Shown: positions 47,273-62,900, counted from the first letter of the stretch. The stretch: 64,000 nucleotides of DNA from Lingula anatina (GCA_051362555.1 CM120640.1:2790001-2854000), one strand, 5' to 3'. The notes: generated from the letters alone by a model not told the origin. Numbers and translations: made by a program.

Positions 47273-48436
47273 CGCCCATCATCATGCTTAGTTTTTATTT
47301 ATTTTACTAGTATACTTTAACAGTTCAGAGAAATGCATGTTGAAATTGTTTTGGAACACTTTCACAGCACAGATATGCTAAAAATGAAAAAAATTACAAA
47401 AACTATATGTTCACTTTTATGGTGGTTGTTGGCTTTGGGATGGCATATATTACTTATGTATATTTTTAAGTCAAGATGGTTTATATTGTTTTAGATATGC
47501 AAAACTGAATGAAATTCATTGTGTCTTGTTTGATAGTTTGGGGTTGCAATTATTATGTAGTAGAAAAGCACTAGGAGAGTGCAAACCTCTACACATTTGT
47601 TTTTATTATTATTATTATTATTATTTATAATTAACTAATAGATCACTACCTGAATTAAGAAAGTGTTAGTTAGCCCTTGAGAGACTTATCTTGAAAATTT
47701 TACCAAAATATGGCCACATTTTTTTGCTAGGGGAAAAAACAAAAACATTACTTCTTTGGTGTAGGTAATGCGTTGTGCTGGGAACTGCAGCATTGCGTTT
47801 TCCCAGAGCATACACTCTATGTCTCACCTAACACAATAGCATTGATTGAGGCAGACGGCCAGCTGGTACAAACTTGTTTTGTGTGCTTAATTTTGTTCAG
47901 AAAAGATTAATTAAATACACTGTTGGTAGACCTAAATGATTACTTTTTCACAGAATTTCCAAGATCATTTTGCCTTCTTTATATGAAGCCTATTCTTGAT
48001 TAAAACTACTAAAGAATGTGTGTCACAAATGGCAATGGTAATGGCAGGATTATGAAGAAAAAAAATTAATTATGCTGTATGATGACACAGCTGTGGAAAA
48101 TTATATCATGGTTCAAAGCTAAGATTAAGTCACTTGTCAATATTCAATGAAGTGGTGGTTTTTAATACTGTTGTTACAGCTGGTTTTTAATTTCATGAGG
48201 GTGTTGCATATTTAACATTTCAGATATCATTATAATTCATTTTTATGACTCGTTGAACACATTAAACTTAAAGAGTAATGTGGGTGTTAGAAATCCTATA
48301 TGGTATATATTTTCAGTTTATAAATTTAAAAATAATTCTTATCAGTTATATATATATGTTAAAATGTCTCATCTATTTTAACTTGATGGAAATAGGTGCA
48401 GTTGACTGATTAATTGATAGTCCTTATACCTGGTAA

Positions 48437-48570
48437 CACTGATGAGACTTTTCCGACTTTTGTTGGAATTCCGACTTTTTCAGTGTCATTTGTGTCATTC
48501 TTGTGAATCATGTACCCTGGACCCTCGGCCAATTTTCCTACTTTTTCAGTGAGGACTGGTCTCATCCCTG
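48437..48570. mobile_element. Possible tiny MITE with CCGACTTTT internal repeats
   Basis: CACTGATGAGA ... TCTCATCCCTG form imperfect 11-bp inverted ends, with repeated (CC)GACTTTT units inside. The TSD is only imperfect (TGGTAA/TAGTAA). Confidence 0.4.
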
Positions 48571-50806
48571 TAGTAAGATAACCTAAAAGTACATTTGAGG
48601 ATTCCCAGTAACGCACATAAACCACTATCCAACTACATCGTGCGAAGTCAAAAACCAAATTTAATCCTTCATTCAGCCAAAAATAGCTTTAAACTGCAAC
48701 TTCTTCAATTTTCAGGTTGGAAGTTGACCTATTTATCTGCCCCTCCAAATTGTCCGCTAAATGATGTAGCACATTGCATACGTATTCCAACGAGTTGCTG
48801 AAAAAGACCGAGGGTTATATAAAGCACAGAAAGAAAGCAGAAAATATCTGCTCAAATGCCATTTTTTCAGAAAATATAAAATCATATCCTTTGGTGTATC
48901 TCTAAGTTATACTATTTGAAGCTGTATGGTGCCGTTTGGTTGGGTTTTCTAGAAAAAAGTAAAAGTAAAGAGTATTTCACCAGTCTACCTTAAGCTTTCA
49001 AATAATTATGTTTAGTTCAATTTTTGTCAGTTAAAAACCTCCCCTGACTGATATGAGACAGTCTCTGAGAAGAATCATTTCTGCAAAGAAAAATGTCATA
49101 TTCTTTTGTGTGAAAGTTGACACAAGAGTTAAGCTCTCTACGGGCTCTGTGTGTCCAAAATTAATGCACATAAACATGTACTCAGTCATGTAAAGTTAAG
49201 TCAATACATTTCTGTTGTATCAGACTTTTTTAATGATTGAACAGACAAATATTGATATATGTCTTAAGTCAAAAATTCGGTCTACAAAAACTATGTTACA
49301 GTTCATTATATCAGACCATTTGAGTACCATGTTAGTTTACCCCTATGACATACAGCTAAAACAATACAAAATTATTTATTCAATTAAGCTGTAACAGACA
49401 AAACATGTGGCGTCAAGTCACTTATGTACAGATTTTTGAAAGAGTTAACTTGTAATGTAGGAAAAAAGTATGTGCAAGATTTGATCCATTGTTTTTATCA
49501 TTCTTTATAAAATTTTGTATGCATAAACTTGATGTTAGGACTATGCTGGCTATGATCAAGGATTTTAGGTTTTCAATTATCTCTTTGTTCATGCCATTTT
49601 TAGTCTAATGACGCACAGTGTTTGTGTATAATGTATCATTATTTTTAATCTCTTCCCATGTCATTATGTATGTCATGATTGATTTAATGTGTTAATATGT
49701 ATACAGTAAAAGACCAAACATCCGAATGCTGGCTATTTTTGTTACCTGTATGTTTTTTTCCTATGTTCTAATGACTCGGTGAGAATGGATCGCTGGTGGG
49801 GAAATAAGTTGGTACATGTTACTCGTTTTTTTTAGCCACCTAGATTGCAGCGTCTTATTTTGATTTGTGCTACAGTTTCTTTGTTGATTCTCTCTGATAC
49901 ACGGTAGTTATCCCTGAACATACCTTTACAGTTGTAATACATAAATACCAGTGTGGAGCAGAGTCCAGATCTTGTCATCTTGTGTTAAATGGTAAAATTG
50001 TGGTGTGCTGAAAGATGTAATGATGATTATCTTGTTTGCTGTATTTGTCACTGTTCTTGTTACAAGGTAACTTTCATACCATCTCTAGAATATCCAGGAT
50101 GGATTAGGATCATGTGTTAAAACATTAAGTCCCACATTGCCATGGTTCACTGATGCAGAAAATTAAGGAAGAGTTAAAAAACTAAAAGAGGGCAGAAATT
50201 ATCCTATCCCTATCATGATTGAACAGGTGGGTCAACATTCTTATTGGATATTCTTCTTCTCTTTGTATAACCTGTTAACAGGTCTGGTTGTGCTTTCACA
50301 TTTATTATTATTCATTTTTGAAAAAATCCCCCAGTGAATAACAGGAATCCAGAAAAGAACCAGAAAATATGTTGTAAATACACTGCTTTTTTGTAAATCC
50401 TATTTATTTCAGGCATTTCTCACTGTAACCAGAGTTCAGTGTTAAACCACAAACTCAGTATAAGGTTTTCATCATGGAAAAGTGAAGTCCTGAAATGCTA
50501 GACATTTTAGAAAAGGCTTGGTTTCTTATTAAGGAAAACCTTACTTTTAAATCCATTCCAAGTTTATATCCTTCCTCATTTTTTATTTTTTATTTTTTTT
50601 TTGTCATCATCAGTCATTCAAGGTCAGATTTTTTCATTCATTATGAGTTAAATTTTCTTACTTTATGGGCATATTGTATTTCCCAGCATTTATATATATA
50701 TATTGAGAACCAGAGCTTTGTAATATCTTATTCTAAGTATGCACATAAAAATGCTGTGATTGTAGTGGACAGTGTTTATTCCACCTCATTTGGACACATG
50801 TCCTAA

Positions 50807-51036
50807 GGCTCATTCACAATGAAACTATCATTCTACATAGATAGATTCAACTCTGTGGGGACTTGCTGAATGCAATCACACTAAAAGATAAAACTATCAT
50901 CAAGTAGGATACAGCTGATGATTATGAGAATACATTGGAAACAAGAGGATGCATGTTAACCTGATTGCATTCAGTGAGAGTCCTAACAGAGCTGGATTGA
51001 TGTTAGTAGAATGACAGTTTCATTGGGAATGTGCCC
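50807..51036. mobile_element. MITE with ~72-bp imperfect TIRs, TAA/TTA flanks (PIF/Harbinger-like)
   Basis: GGCTCATTCACAATGAAACTATCATTCTAC...CTGAATGCAATCA (50807-50878) is inverted relative to TGATTGCATTCAG...GTAGAATGACAGTTTCATTGGGAATGTGCCC (50962-51036). Confidence 0.75.
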
Positions 51037-51417
51037 TTAGGTTCAAGAGTGATGGTCAGCCTATATTGACATTGGGAATGGGTCCTTAGGTTCAAGAGTG
51101 ATGGTCAGCCTATATTGACATTGGGAATGGGCCCTTAAGGTTCAAGAGTGATGGTCAGCCTATATTGACATTGGGAATGGGCCCTTAGGTTCAAGAGTGA
51201 TGGGCTGCCTATATTGACATTGGGAATGGGCCCTTAGGTTCAAGAGTGATAGTCAGCCTATATTGACATTGGGAATGGGCCCTTAGGTTCAAGAGTAATG
51301 GTCAGCCTATATTGACATTGGGAATGGGCCCTTAGGTTCAAGAGTGATGGTCAGCCTATATTGACATTGGGAATGGGCCCTTAGGTTCAAGAGTGATGGT
51401 CAGCCTATATTGACATT
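51021..51417. repeat. 49-bp minisatellite, 8 copies
   Basis: Unit CATTGGGAATGGGCCCTTAGGTTCAAGAGTGATGGTCAGCCTATATTGA, head-to-tail with no spacers and few substitutions. Confidence 0.97.
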
Positions 51418-54400
51418 TACTTGATTGATTGCTTTGCTAGAGTGGACATCAGGAAACTAATTTAAGAAACCTTCTGTGAAGGCCCAAATGATTAACCTTG
51501 TGGGTGTGCTTCTCTTATAGCTAGATTAAAAACGTGCTGATGAAACTATATAGGAGAATGTAAAGGTATATGCTGAGCTGAGTGTTTTGTACAAGTAGAT
51601 GTTTGAAGACATCATTTGGTATTGAACCCTACAGCTATGGCTAAGAAGAACATAACTAGCTGATGATTTTGAGAGTATTTGGTCATTCTGTTCTCCTAAC
51701 TTCAGATTTTAACTAGCAACCTTGTCATATAAATGTAGCTATATTGTCCAGATTGACCTTCAGCAGATGTACCTTCCTTCAAGATATTGTTGCTTGTGAT
51801 TTTGTGGGTTTCCATATTTGAGGTATGGCATAATTTATAGGTTGGTTGCTCTTGTAAAAAAAAAAGGTTGAAGAACCAAGTGTGCAGTATAGATTGTGAA
51901 AATGATGTTTTTTTATGCATCCAGACAATTTTATTTGTTTAACTGATACATTTAATAAATTATTTTAAAATATTTGTGCCTTTAACAAGAAATTTGAAGT
52001 TAAATGTTTATGGTGCAAATAAGAAATATTCAATGAGATTTTTTACTCAGTTGTTACAAACAAATTCAACAATATATCTTAATGAGCAAAGCTTTATATT
52101 TTCTTTAAATGTGGCAATATAATTATAGAATATAGATTAATTTTTGGAAAAGACCTGTAACTTCAGTATATGTATTTGAATGAATGAAAATCCTTCAGTG
52201 TTAACAGAGGGACTCTACCCTTCTTGAGTCACTAGCATGTTCATGGTTATACTATCAAATCCACATGAGGCCATAACAAAGTTCTTTAAGTGTAAAATAT
52301 CTTTTTCATCTTCATTGTGGATTTTGTTTTGTGTTCCAAGATTTAGATGGGCTTTCAATTAGATTCTAACAGAGTTTGGATTGGTCTTTTATTTGATCCA
52401 GTCTAGTAAAAAGATAAAAGTCTGCATGGAGCCTTGGTACTGTTTGGAATTGGATAGTCTTTGAGATTAAATGGAGATTTATAGCCAAGTTTGACCATTT
52501 ATTGTACTTGATTGGACATTTTGCTCTGTACTTGCCATCCTATTGTTTCTATACAAGTTAAACAAGAAGAAGATTGGCCTGGTAGGTTAGACAAATGATG
52601 AGGGATCAGTCAGAGGCCAAAGTGGACCCATCAGAGTTCAGTAAGAGACAAAACCATTTTTACATCATGTACATTGTTATGTACAGTTGTTTGTTAGCTT
52701 ATAGCTTTTATTTTGATTAGTTATCTTGTTTACGTAATTGCATACTTCTTTGCCTCATATACATAATGGAGGTTTCAATTAGATAGATTTCAATTAGAGC
52801 TTTATGATACAAATAGCAGTGGTCAGTTGGCAAGCCTTCAGCTTTGTCACTGTAGAGGTGGATTGAAGGGGGGGGGGGTGTTGTGGAGGAGCAGGGGAAA
52901 GGTGCTTTTGAAAGATAAAAGGTAGTAATTATCGTCATTAAGCTAAGCAAGAACGTAAATTCAACGTCCTTGAACTAAGTTATCATTAATATTATTGAAC
53001 TTAAAGTATGTATATATGTATATCATGCTAACAATTTCATTTAGAATGGAAACAATCAAGAAAATGATATGGAATACTAAAAAAGTGTGTGTGTGTGTGT
53101 GGGAGGAGAACAAGCATAAATTTGCAGAAGAAGTCAGTGCCAGGAACTAGCAGTCTTGTTAATGTGATGTTACTGACAAATATTACTGTTGATTGACAGG
53201 TGTTTTGGTAACAAGTCACTGGATCAGACTTGACAACTGTCAGTGGCAGTCACATAAAAAAGCGTGCCAAACAATAACTAGATATATATATTTTTTTGAA
53301 TATGTCATTATCATTTATAAAGTTATCTGGCTTTTGCTCAGCCTTAAGGATGAATTTAAGAAAAATTGTGTGAAAAGATGAAGACACCTGCTTGCCGTGT
53401 CTTGTCTTGTCTTGCCCAGACAGTAATATCATTATAAATTTCATTGTCATGTGAACTTAACTGTCAGAGGAAAAAAAAAACTTTTCCTAATGGCATTGTT
53501 GTTAAACAGTGCTATCTTAACAGAAAGATCTGGAAGATAATGACACTGTCAGTTGTTATATAGATGTCAGCGGAAGATATATCTTAAATGCAGAAAACTA
53601 TTTTGAGTTTTGAAGGAAAGAATGCTTTGATCGATATAACAACATTTTGACAAATGCCCCCATTGTTACCTAATGGAGTTTTCTTAGATATATCTTAAGT
53701 TCCTGGGGTTGTCTTGTTTGTTATGGGATTTTTGCCAGAATATTGAGACTGTTAAAGACACTGACTGCGATTTTAAAAAATTATTAGGCTACTTGAAAAA
53801 CAAAAGAAGACTGGCTTTGACTTAATTGATATAAACAATGTATTTTAAGGTGAATTTTGAACAGGTACTTATATAACAGCTGAAGGATGTGCTTTTTTAT
53901 TAGTGTACATGTGCAGAATTGAGGGAACATACACTGTCTTTTGCACTTTAGGTAAGAAGGGGCTGCCCTGTTAGTTACATGTACACCATACATGACTGAG
54001 GTTTAGATATACCTAAACTGAAGAAAAATATGAGCTCTACAGACCTGCAGGAACAATAAACATGTTTCTGTGACATTTACAGAAAAAATGTCATGTTGCT
54101 AATGAAGTGAAGTTCTTTTTACCTTGTCAGGGCTTGGAGGGAGTTCTGTATAGAATATTGGCAAAAGATGGAGGTTTTTGACAGAATTGTCTCTCTGTAC
54201 TATGTATACAGGGACATTTTTGTAAAAGTAAAAGATTCGAGAGTAATTTATTGCTTGTAGATAATGCGCAGGGTATGCATTTTTAAAATAAAACTCTGTG
54301 TGGTTTTGAAGGAAACCAGTTGTGTTTTGTGAACCATAAAAAGCAGTTATATTTCACACCAAGCATATAATTTAGCAGTCATCTGCCTAGTTTGGCTGGA

Positions 54401-57400
54401 GATATGTATCAGGTTTGTTGGCCTTAGTGTATTTTACTTCTCGTTTTTCTACGTATGTAATTTACATACTGATACATTGTGATGTTTAACAGTTCTCCAT
54501 TGGCAAATATTCACCTTGATGGCATTGAACATGTCAAAGGGATATTTGAATTTAAGAATTGTTGGATATTTGTAGGATCTGACTTTTCTGAACAATTTAG
54601 GACAGGTAAGATTTAGCATATTTGTTAATATTCTACAATGTCATCTTAGTTTATTATCCTTAATAATGTGAACTTGTAAAAATTAAAATCTTGTCTTGAA
54701 AACAAATGTTAGTGTTATTTTTAAAACGTCAAATTTCATCATGTTGAAAAAAGGAGGCAATATGCATCTTTACCTGCTGCCAGTGGATTTTACAACAGTT
54801 AATTTATAGAAACTTTCAAATGAACCAGTGGCATAGGTAGCTGCAAACTGGAAGTTTCATGAAAAATATAAGTTTAAAAATATCAATAGGAAGCAAATAT
54901 GGTTGTTATCTTCATTTGCAGCCAAAATATTAGTATGAACTTTTTCAACTTCTGCAGTAATCCATTTTCATTTTGGTATGGGTGAAGGATTACAGGTAGA
55001 CTTAGAATTTATTTTATTTATTGTTTGCAAAGGGAGTTAAATAAGTTTTGTTGTGTAAAAAAAGTGGCTTCAATATTCCAACTGTAAGACTCTGGAGGAA
55101 AAAAGGAAAGTAGGCGATCAGTGACTGAGTCAAAAGATTTACAGTATTTTTTTCACTTAATTAGAATCTTTGTAGTTGTGGTCTTTTTACACACAAAAAA
55201 TGCCATCATAAATACATGTATGTCTCTTGTTTGTGACCCTACATCCTGTGGGGATGGCTTCATCTGTGAGATCTGAACTGTGGAGGAAGTCTTCACACTT
55301 GACTGTGAAAATACCTGTAATTACGACCAGCACCCCACTTACTTTTACCAGCATTTACTTCAAAATAACGCTAGCAGCTTATAATGGCAGAAATAATAGT
55401 TGGTTTTAGGGTTACATAAGGAATGCAAGTTTTGCCCTACCGGTTTGATTTTTATCAACTTTTAAAGTTCAATTGTAATTGAAATCTAATTGCTTTGGTC
55501 CTTTTAAGGGAGCTGTAGTTGGCAGTCATCTCACAGGTTTTCATTTTATCTTTCATGCAATCAGGCCATTAAAATCTCTGTGTCTGCCATATTTCCACTT
55601 TACCAATGTCTAAATGTCAGCATTTCTTTACAATAGAAAAGGAAGATCTGAGTCTCAATGTTAAGGAAGAACAAGAAATTAAATACTAGAAATGGTAATT
55701 TGATGATTTTAATACAATGTTTTGGATAATTGCTTTTTCAGCTCTTAAAATACAACTGTTTAAATGTTTACATTGTGTGACTGATATCCAGTTTGAGGAT
55801 TTAAATTTACAATGTGAGTAATTATACTAAATACTAAATTTAAAAAAATGATAAAGATGTACAAAAGTTAATGAGGTGATCAGATCAAAATTTATTGACT
55901 CTCTTGTGCTGTGTTCGTAGATACAAATGTACAGAGGAACTCCATTATTAAAAATGATTTATTCAGTGATTTCAGAGAATTAATTTATTCGAAAAAAAAA
56001 AATTTATTTTTACAAAGATTGAATTTTTACTCTGTGACACATTTTAGACCTTTTATTGCTATCAAAACTTGAGGGTAAATGGAATATTATATTACTTAAA
56101 GGCTTTTACTGTTGGTGATTTCCACTGGATTGTTTTGTACAAGATTAAAACCTACAGGTACACGTATACCATGTATACTTGTTTATGGCTGCCAGACTAT
56201 ACTTAGAGAACAAAAAAGATGTTTTATAGCTACATTAAGTGGAAAATGCATCTTGATTGATACTTTTTTTGAAGGAGATACCATTAGCTGTTCTGTAAAG
56301 GTGCGCAGTAAACTGTTTTGTTTGTTCTGTGTTATGATAAAATAAAGTTGTAAAATTACATAGAGACATCTATCTTTGTCAGCTGAGCTGAAGAGTCTTC
56401 TATCTACCCGTATCCCTTCCTCAATCTTAAATATCATCATTAGAGATTTTTAGTGTTGAGGTACAGCTGATTTTTGTTATTTGAGAAGAGCATGCAATTT
56501 ACGGACATAAAGCTTGATGATCGCCTTTCAGGGTTTGCTGTTTCTTCTTTATTGTTGTCATCCTTTTTTTATGTTTCTGCATGGTATATTGCTGTCTGCA
56601 CCTGGGAATGTAGAATCTGTTTGCATCTACTCCATATTCTTTATCTAAGGTACAATTTTTCCCCATTTTGAATAAATGAACAATGTTCACAGTTGTAAGT
56701 TGGCCCAAGGGGATGGTCTCGGTTTCACCACCTAACTTCTGTTCATCTCCACATAAAGGTTACTCCCTATGGTTAGATATACTCTTCCACAAAATGCAGA
56801 AGTTCATTAAAACGAAGTAGCTTTTCAGACAATTAAATGGCAGATGTTTAAACGCTTTGTGAAGCTGTCTGCTGACACCCTCTCCTGAGAGTCCCCATGA
56901 AAGACGCCCCACTTAGCTTAGGATAAACAAAGTGCTTTGGGACGGTAACAAGACCTGCAGCCATGAAAAAGATACCTTGTTCAATGCCACAATAACTTCT
57001 AGACAATTTAGCTGAGTGAATAACTCAGAAAGGACATCAAAGAGTCCATACATATGAGATTGTTTGGTTAATAGCCAAACTAGAGATTCTTAATGGTGCT
57101 TAGTTAGTTGCGTGCTTGCATAACACTTAGTGGTGGGTCAAAGCAAGAGGTCCCTAAAACTGTAAAAGACATGATAAATATCTAATTGAGCAATAACATC
57201 AAACGTTTCACAGGGACAGAAGTGAATGGCGGTGCCACTTACCTCGGCTAACTCGGGAAGGAAGAAGAGAAAAGGTAGGTTCAATACAACTCAACATTTT
57301 TACAGCCTGATGTTTATACCAAAATGTCATGTGCTTACACTTTTCTAGTTTTATTTCTAAAATTTGGTTATTGCAATGATGGGGGCTTGATTTTGCAATT

Positions 57401-59883
57401 TTATTGCTTATGTCTTCGTAAGAATGTCTTCTTTTTTTAAAAAAACAGAACAGTAATGCTGGTAGCAAAAATGATTCTTGTGTTTGTTATGTCATGGTAG
57501 TTTTGGCACATATTTCTTGGAAAATTTGCCTTGTGACTTCTTCTTAAATCATGATTTAGAATATATCTTAAGTGTCAATCACAATCATGAAGAATCTTTT
57601 GACTATTTTCTGGAAGGACCTTTGTCTAGTCATATGTCACCTTTGTCGTGATCATCAAATATTAAGAATAAGGAAACATCCTTTGCAAAACTTTGAGATC
57701 AAATATAACAATGAGAAAAGAATCTTCACCAAAAATAAAATAAGACTGTGATTACTTCTTGGAAATGTGTATGTATTATTTTTCTGGGAAGAAAAGATTT
57801 CTTTAGTGATCAGGTATCTTTGCCAGAAACTTCCAGCTCATTTATATGACACTTAATGGAGAAAAATTAGATTAGGCATTTCTTCACAGAGTGCTTAGGC
57901 ATAAGTACATGTACAAGTAGGCTGCTTGATACAGTGATGAAATCTTGTCAGATTTAAGTCATTAGAAGGAAAACAATCTTTCAGAATTAATTTGTAATTA
58001 CACGGATGGATCAACAGAGAAGAATATTCAGTAGAAGATGGATATGGAAACCTACATATGTCAACCAAGCTGCCCTGACATTTTTTGGTATGACTAGTGC
58101 AGCTATCTGAAATAATATGTTTACCAAAAAACTTTTTTGAACACAACAGCAGTGATGTTAATAGTCTAGAAGGTATTAATGTAAAGTGTTGAAATATAAT
58201 TTTGTTATACAGATAATATTCTTCATTTAAATGTATGTTTAAAGGGAGATGGAATGCTGCAAAAACAAATAAGAATATCAGAGAAATGCATATAATGTGC
58301 AATAAGATTGAATAAGCTCATATACATTTTAGTACCGCTATCATTCTGGATATAATAACTTGAGTAAACTAAAAACATAGGTTTTGAGACAGGTGGTTCT
58401 AGAAGAGAGATCAAAGCACCTTCACCTAAGTTATCTGAATTATTTGATATGACCTGAGATAATAATACTGCCTAAAGGACCAATGGATAAACATGCATGC
58501 TTCAAGATCTGGGAAAAGGTATAGCCATTTTGTATAGCCAGTTTGGGTGTCACATGGAGCTTGTTACTAAATGATAACACTTGTGCATGGGATTTTTAGC
58601 TAAAATAAAAAAAATCCTGTCTTCCTTGACCAAGTCCAATGATTTCTGACTTACTTTATATCAAATTCCAATATTAGATATACCTGATGCAAGCTTTGAA
58701 CAGGGCGTGCTTTTAATTTCTTTAATGACATGTATAATATGCTGAGTGCTTTTGAGAAATAATTTGAGGCTGTCATAGGATAAAAAAGTCTATTTTAGTA
58801 AAGGACAGTCCCCTGAATGAACATTATAAGGGGTATTCGATGGCTGTTGAACAGTAAACTCTCCCAGTATTATTATAGTATTATATACTATATATCAGGG
58901 AGGGGGAGGGGGGGGGCAGGGAGGCTATCAACTTAACCATAAAACACCTCTTGTCATTACTGTAGCAAGTTTGAATGTCATGGAAGCAGCAAAACTTTGT
59001 TCCTTCTCTTAAAAATATCTTGGCACGCTAGACCACAAAGTATCATGGTCAACACAAACCCAGCATGGTGACACTGAGTCTGCATCTTCGTCCAGGTCGC
59101 CATTGTTTTCACACTTCACCAGGCGAACTCTATTGTTTGGCAGTTGTCATTATTCTAGAAAGTTGTCACTGATACTTTCCCAAGGAATGGATCAGCATTA
59201 ATCAGGTGTTAATATCAGGAGTTAATGATCCAGTTAGAACATAACTCCTATTGATTCTTCTTAAATTAGTTGAGATAGAATCACAAGATGGCTGCTGTGC
59301 CATCATTTTTCTTGTGCCGTAGTGAATATGTGGAGAAGCAGGATCTGATTTTTATTGCACTTCTTTTTGCTGCTTGATAGAATTAGGCACTAAATAGGCC
59401 TAAAATGCTTAAATAAAAAATTGCCAGAGCTTGGTCAATGGTCCTGTCAGAGCGAAAGCAAGAACTATAGCAATGGCTACAGTTAGGGAGTACATGCATT
59501 AAGTTGGAACCTGGGTAGATTTGTGTCAAAAAGGTGAAACAGTTAATTGTTGCAACTGAAATATTTGAGGCGATATTGTAAAAAAAATTTTCTGAGATTT
59601 GTTTAAGGGAATTTTTTTTAGAAAATCAGAGAAATTGCCTGTCTCTCTCTTCCCCCCCCCCCTCTTTTTTTTTGCTTGAGAAATGGTTCCTTAAGGACTG
59701 ATTAGTCATATATTCTCCTTTAGATTTACTTCCTCAGTTGAGTAACTAAGGACATCCTGAATGTATCTATGGTTTTGTTTGTTTTTTCAAAGTTTCCGCA
59801 GCATCAAAGGGAGCTTTTGAATGGGCGGCTTCCAATTTGTAGGAAATTTGTACTTGTAACTGGAATATATGGCATCCAGCAGA

Positions 59884-59885
<2 letters not shown>

Positions 59886-59916
<31 letters not shown>
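59886..59916. repeat. (GA)n microsatellite
   Basis: Read directly. Confidence 0.9.
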
Positions 59917-59918
<2 letters not shown>

Positions 59919-62900
59919 TGAGTGAGAAAAGTAAAACGAGGGAGTTAAGGTTTAAATAGAATTCTTGTCATCTTATCAGTATATTTCACATGTTTCATTA
60001 TGTTCTAATTTTTAACCAAATTTTTTGACATGCAGAGAAATGATTGGATACACAAACACAGATACATGCAGACACACATTCACACACACACACATGCATA
60101 CAAACACACACATATACATGTACATGCATCTTATTGTTACTTCATGGTGTTAGTCCATCATGCACATTAAGGGAGATGGGATAGCTGGTACCTTTTGTGC
60201 TTACCATAGAAATGGTAATGAATGATCCAGAGAATTCAAACTTATACTTGCAAGAATTTTGACTTTTAAACCTCTGTTTATTGCAGCAAATTTAGGAATT
60301 AAAAATAATATTTGGAAATTTAAACAGTAAAAGGGTTGTACTGATATAGGCTAAATACAAATTAAAGCTTTTTAAAGGGCACTGATTATGTATTTAAAAC
60401 CCTGTTTGCTTGTAATCACTGCATGGTAACCAGATTAAACAGCAATCAGTTCCCTAACTAACCCAAAGTAGTGTCTGAAAATACAGATGCTCAAGACATT
60501 AAGTTGCATCAATAAGTTCTAAAACTGCTCTGGCTACCTCAAACTGCAGGGGTTTGAACATACACATTGCTTAAGTAGGTGATTTAATGGGTATTTAGCA
60601 TTCAATTACTTGATCAGTAACTAATGGGGTGCGGAATGTGACTTTTATTTGGTTTTAATTCACTTGTCAACTCCCATTACCTGTTCCACATGTTGCATCT
60701 AAATGCTGTACATGTTGAAGACTTGTATGTAGGAATGGGAAAAACAAACCGGCATTTTTGCACATAAATTGTGTATTTTAACTGTTAGAAAGTTGGAAAT
60801 ATTGAAAATTGGTACTAATGTAATAGGGTGAACTTAACTGAGATATAGATACTTCTTGGGAAGTGATTGAAAGATTCTTATTGCTGCAAATTAAGTTTTG
60901 AGCAATGGCAGGTTTATGATTTCCCCAACAGATGGCAGCAGTAGTGAGAGCAAGTCAACTGACCATAGCTCATGTTTTTTGACAGCATACTTGGACATAA
61001 GTTGTAAACCTAATGTCTTAATCAGCTGACATCTAACAGGATGGCCAGAAATTGAAAAGTATTTAAGATATATTGAGATCTTGCAGTGGGATTTATTTTA
61101 CAGTGGATTAAATTTTGAGAAAAAGTATGGGTGTTAAGTATCCAGCGTAATGTAGGGAGCTGTTTTCCAAGCTGCCAGTCGAGTATTGTTAAAAGAATCA
61201 GAAGAGGATTTTTATACCCTGTTGGCACAGTTGAAATCAAAGCAGTGGCAGTCTGCCAGGACAACTAGTCATACTTACATTTTAGGCCCAAAACAATCCT
61301 GCAACCTAATCTATAGCACGTCTATAATAGGTATAATGCAATGAAATTAGACGACATTGATACCTCTCTTTTGTCACACTAATTCACCAGATCTGAGAAT
61401 AATGGCTGCAACCTGCAGTTAGTGTTTAGAGTTGATGATGATTTGAACTTTCCCCTGTGCAGCTGGTTTCTGTGTTTTTTGTTGGACATGCCATTATGCT
61501 AGACCAGCTCTGCTCATTAATGGGAATAATTGTTTTGCTTTCCACTATGATAGGGAAATGTGACAGTAAGTGGGCTACACTTATGCATGTTTTGGGACCA
61601 GTAGGGAAGCAATAGAATGCTAAGATAAGGTTTACCAGAGAACCCTCCCTCTGTCTGGGTAAGGGCAGTGATTTCTATAGTTTCTGCCCTGTATAGAGTA
61701 TTGGCCCATATGATATTGTTTTCACTATTCCATTAGGAAATCTGTTGGGGAAAGGCTAATCATGCTCATTTGAGGATATACTTTTCAGAGGAAATGCTAC
61801 ATATTTTCAATAAGGAGAAAGTAATTATCTTCCATTGTTGCTGGCAGGGCTTTAACTTTATTGTGTTACGTTTAATTGATTGTGCATTTGAAGGCAGAAG
61901 AAATGGCTTTAGTAGCTTGCTCAGCAATAGATTGCTCATCGGGGCTTTCGGTGGAGAAGCTGTTGAGAAATAGAGTTTGAAACAAAATGTAATTATGAAT
62001 TTTCCAAGCATGAAATAAACCAACTCCTCCTGGAAAAGTGATAGATTGAGTCTGGCATCCACAGAAAAGTTGGATTTCAGATTTTACTCAGATAAGATGG
62101 AAAATTGGCTCTAGTTGAAGCAGCAGAAACATTGACAATTTTCCCACCACTAATAGCTTTCCAAGGCACTTAGAATGAAATATCAGTGAACTTAATGGGC
62201 AGAAAGACTAATTATTGGAAAGGCAACAAAGTCAATTAGGGTTAGCTATCATTTTACCTTCAATAAGTGCTGTTAGTTTCAGAATTAAACATACATTTAT
62301 TTCCAACATAACGATTTTCCTGACTGGATAAAACTAGGGGGGTCATCTCCAAGAAGTGGATAGGCCTCACATAAGGCCAAATATCCTGCTGCCATTTAGT
62401 TGTGGTGGGCAATTTCATTGGACTGTTTAGGATACAGTAAGTTTTAAAGATTATATATATGTAGACCTTTTATGCTATATTCTTTCAGCTGAAGAGTATT
62501 GGGAATTATGCAGAAAACAATTATTTGACTGAAAGGATATCACTTGAATTGTACATAAAGAAAGGAAAAAAGGACCATTCATAGAAGTAGATTTGTTAGA
62601 TTTAACTTTTATTAATTTTTTCTTTTGTACAAAAATGAAGTTCATTTAGCAGGTACAATACCCATACATGCTTTCTACTGCAAAGGTGCCTAATTAAACC
62701 ATATGTCTTTTTAAATTTCTTATGGAAAAAAAAACAGCTATTACAAGCTTAATTTTATCTGGATTGTATCTTTTTATTAGTAAAATATGTTGCCAATCAT
62801 GGAACTTCATTGGTATTTACATAATAACAGTATAGTGCTGCAAGGGCACTGGGTACAGCAATGCCTACTTAGTACTCACTTACTTCAAAGCATCTTAGGA

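Noticed and set aside
51021-51417. 49-bp array as a CRISPR array
   Set aside because: Units are contiguous with no unique spacers, no cas genes are present, and the context is eukaryotic.
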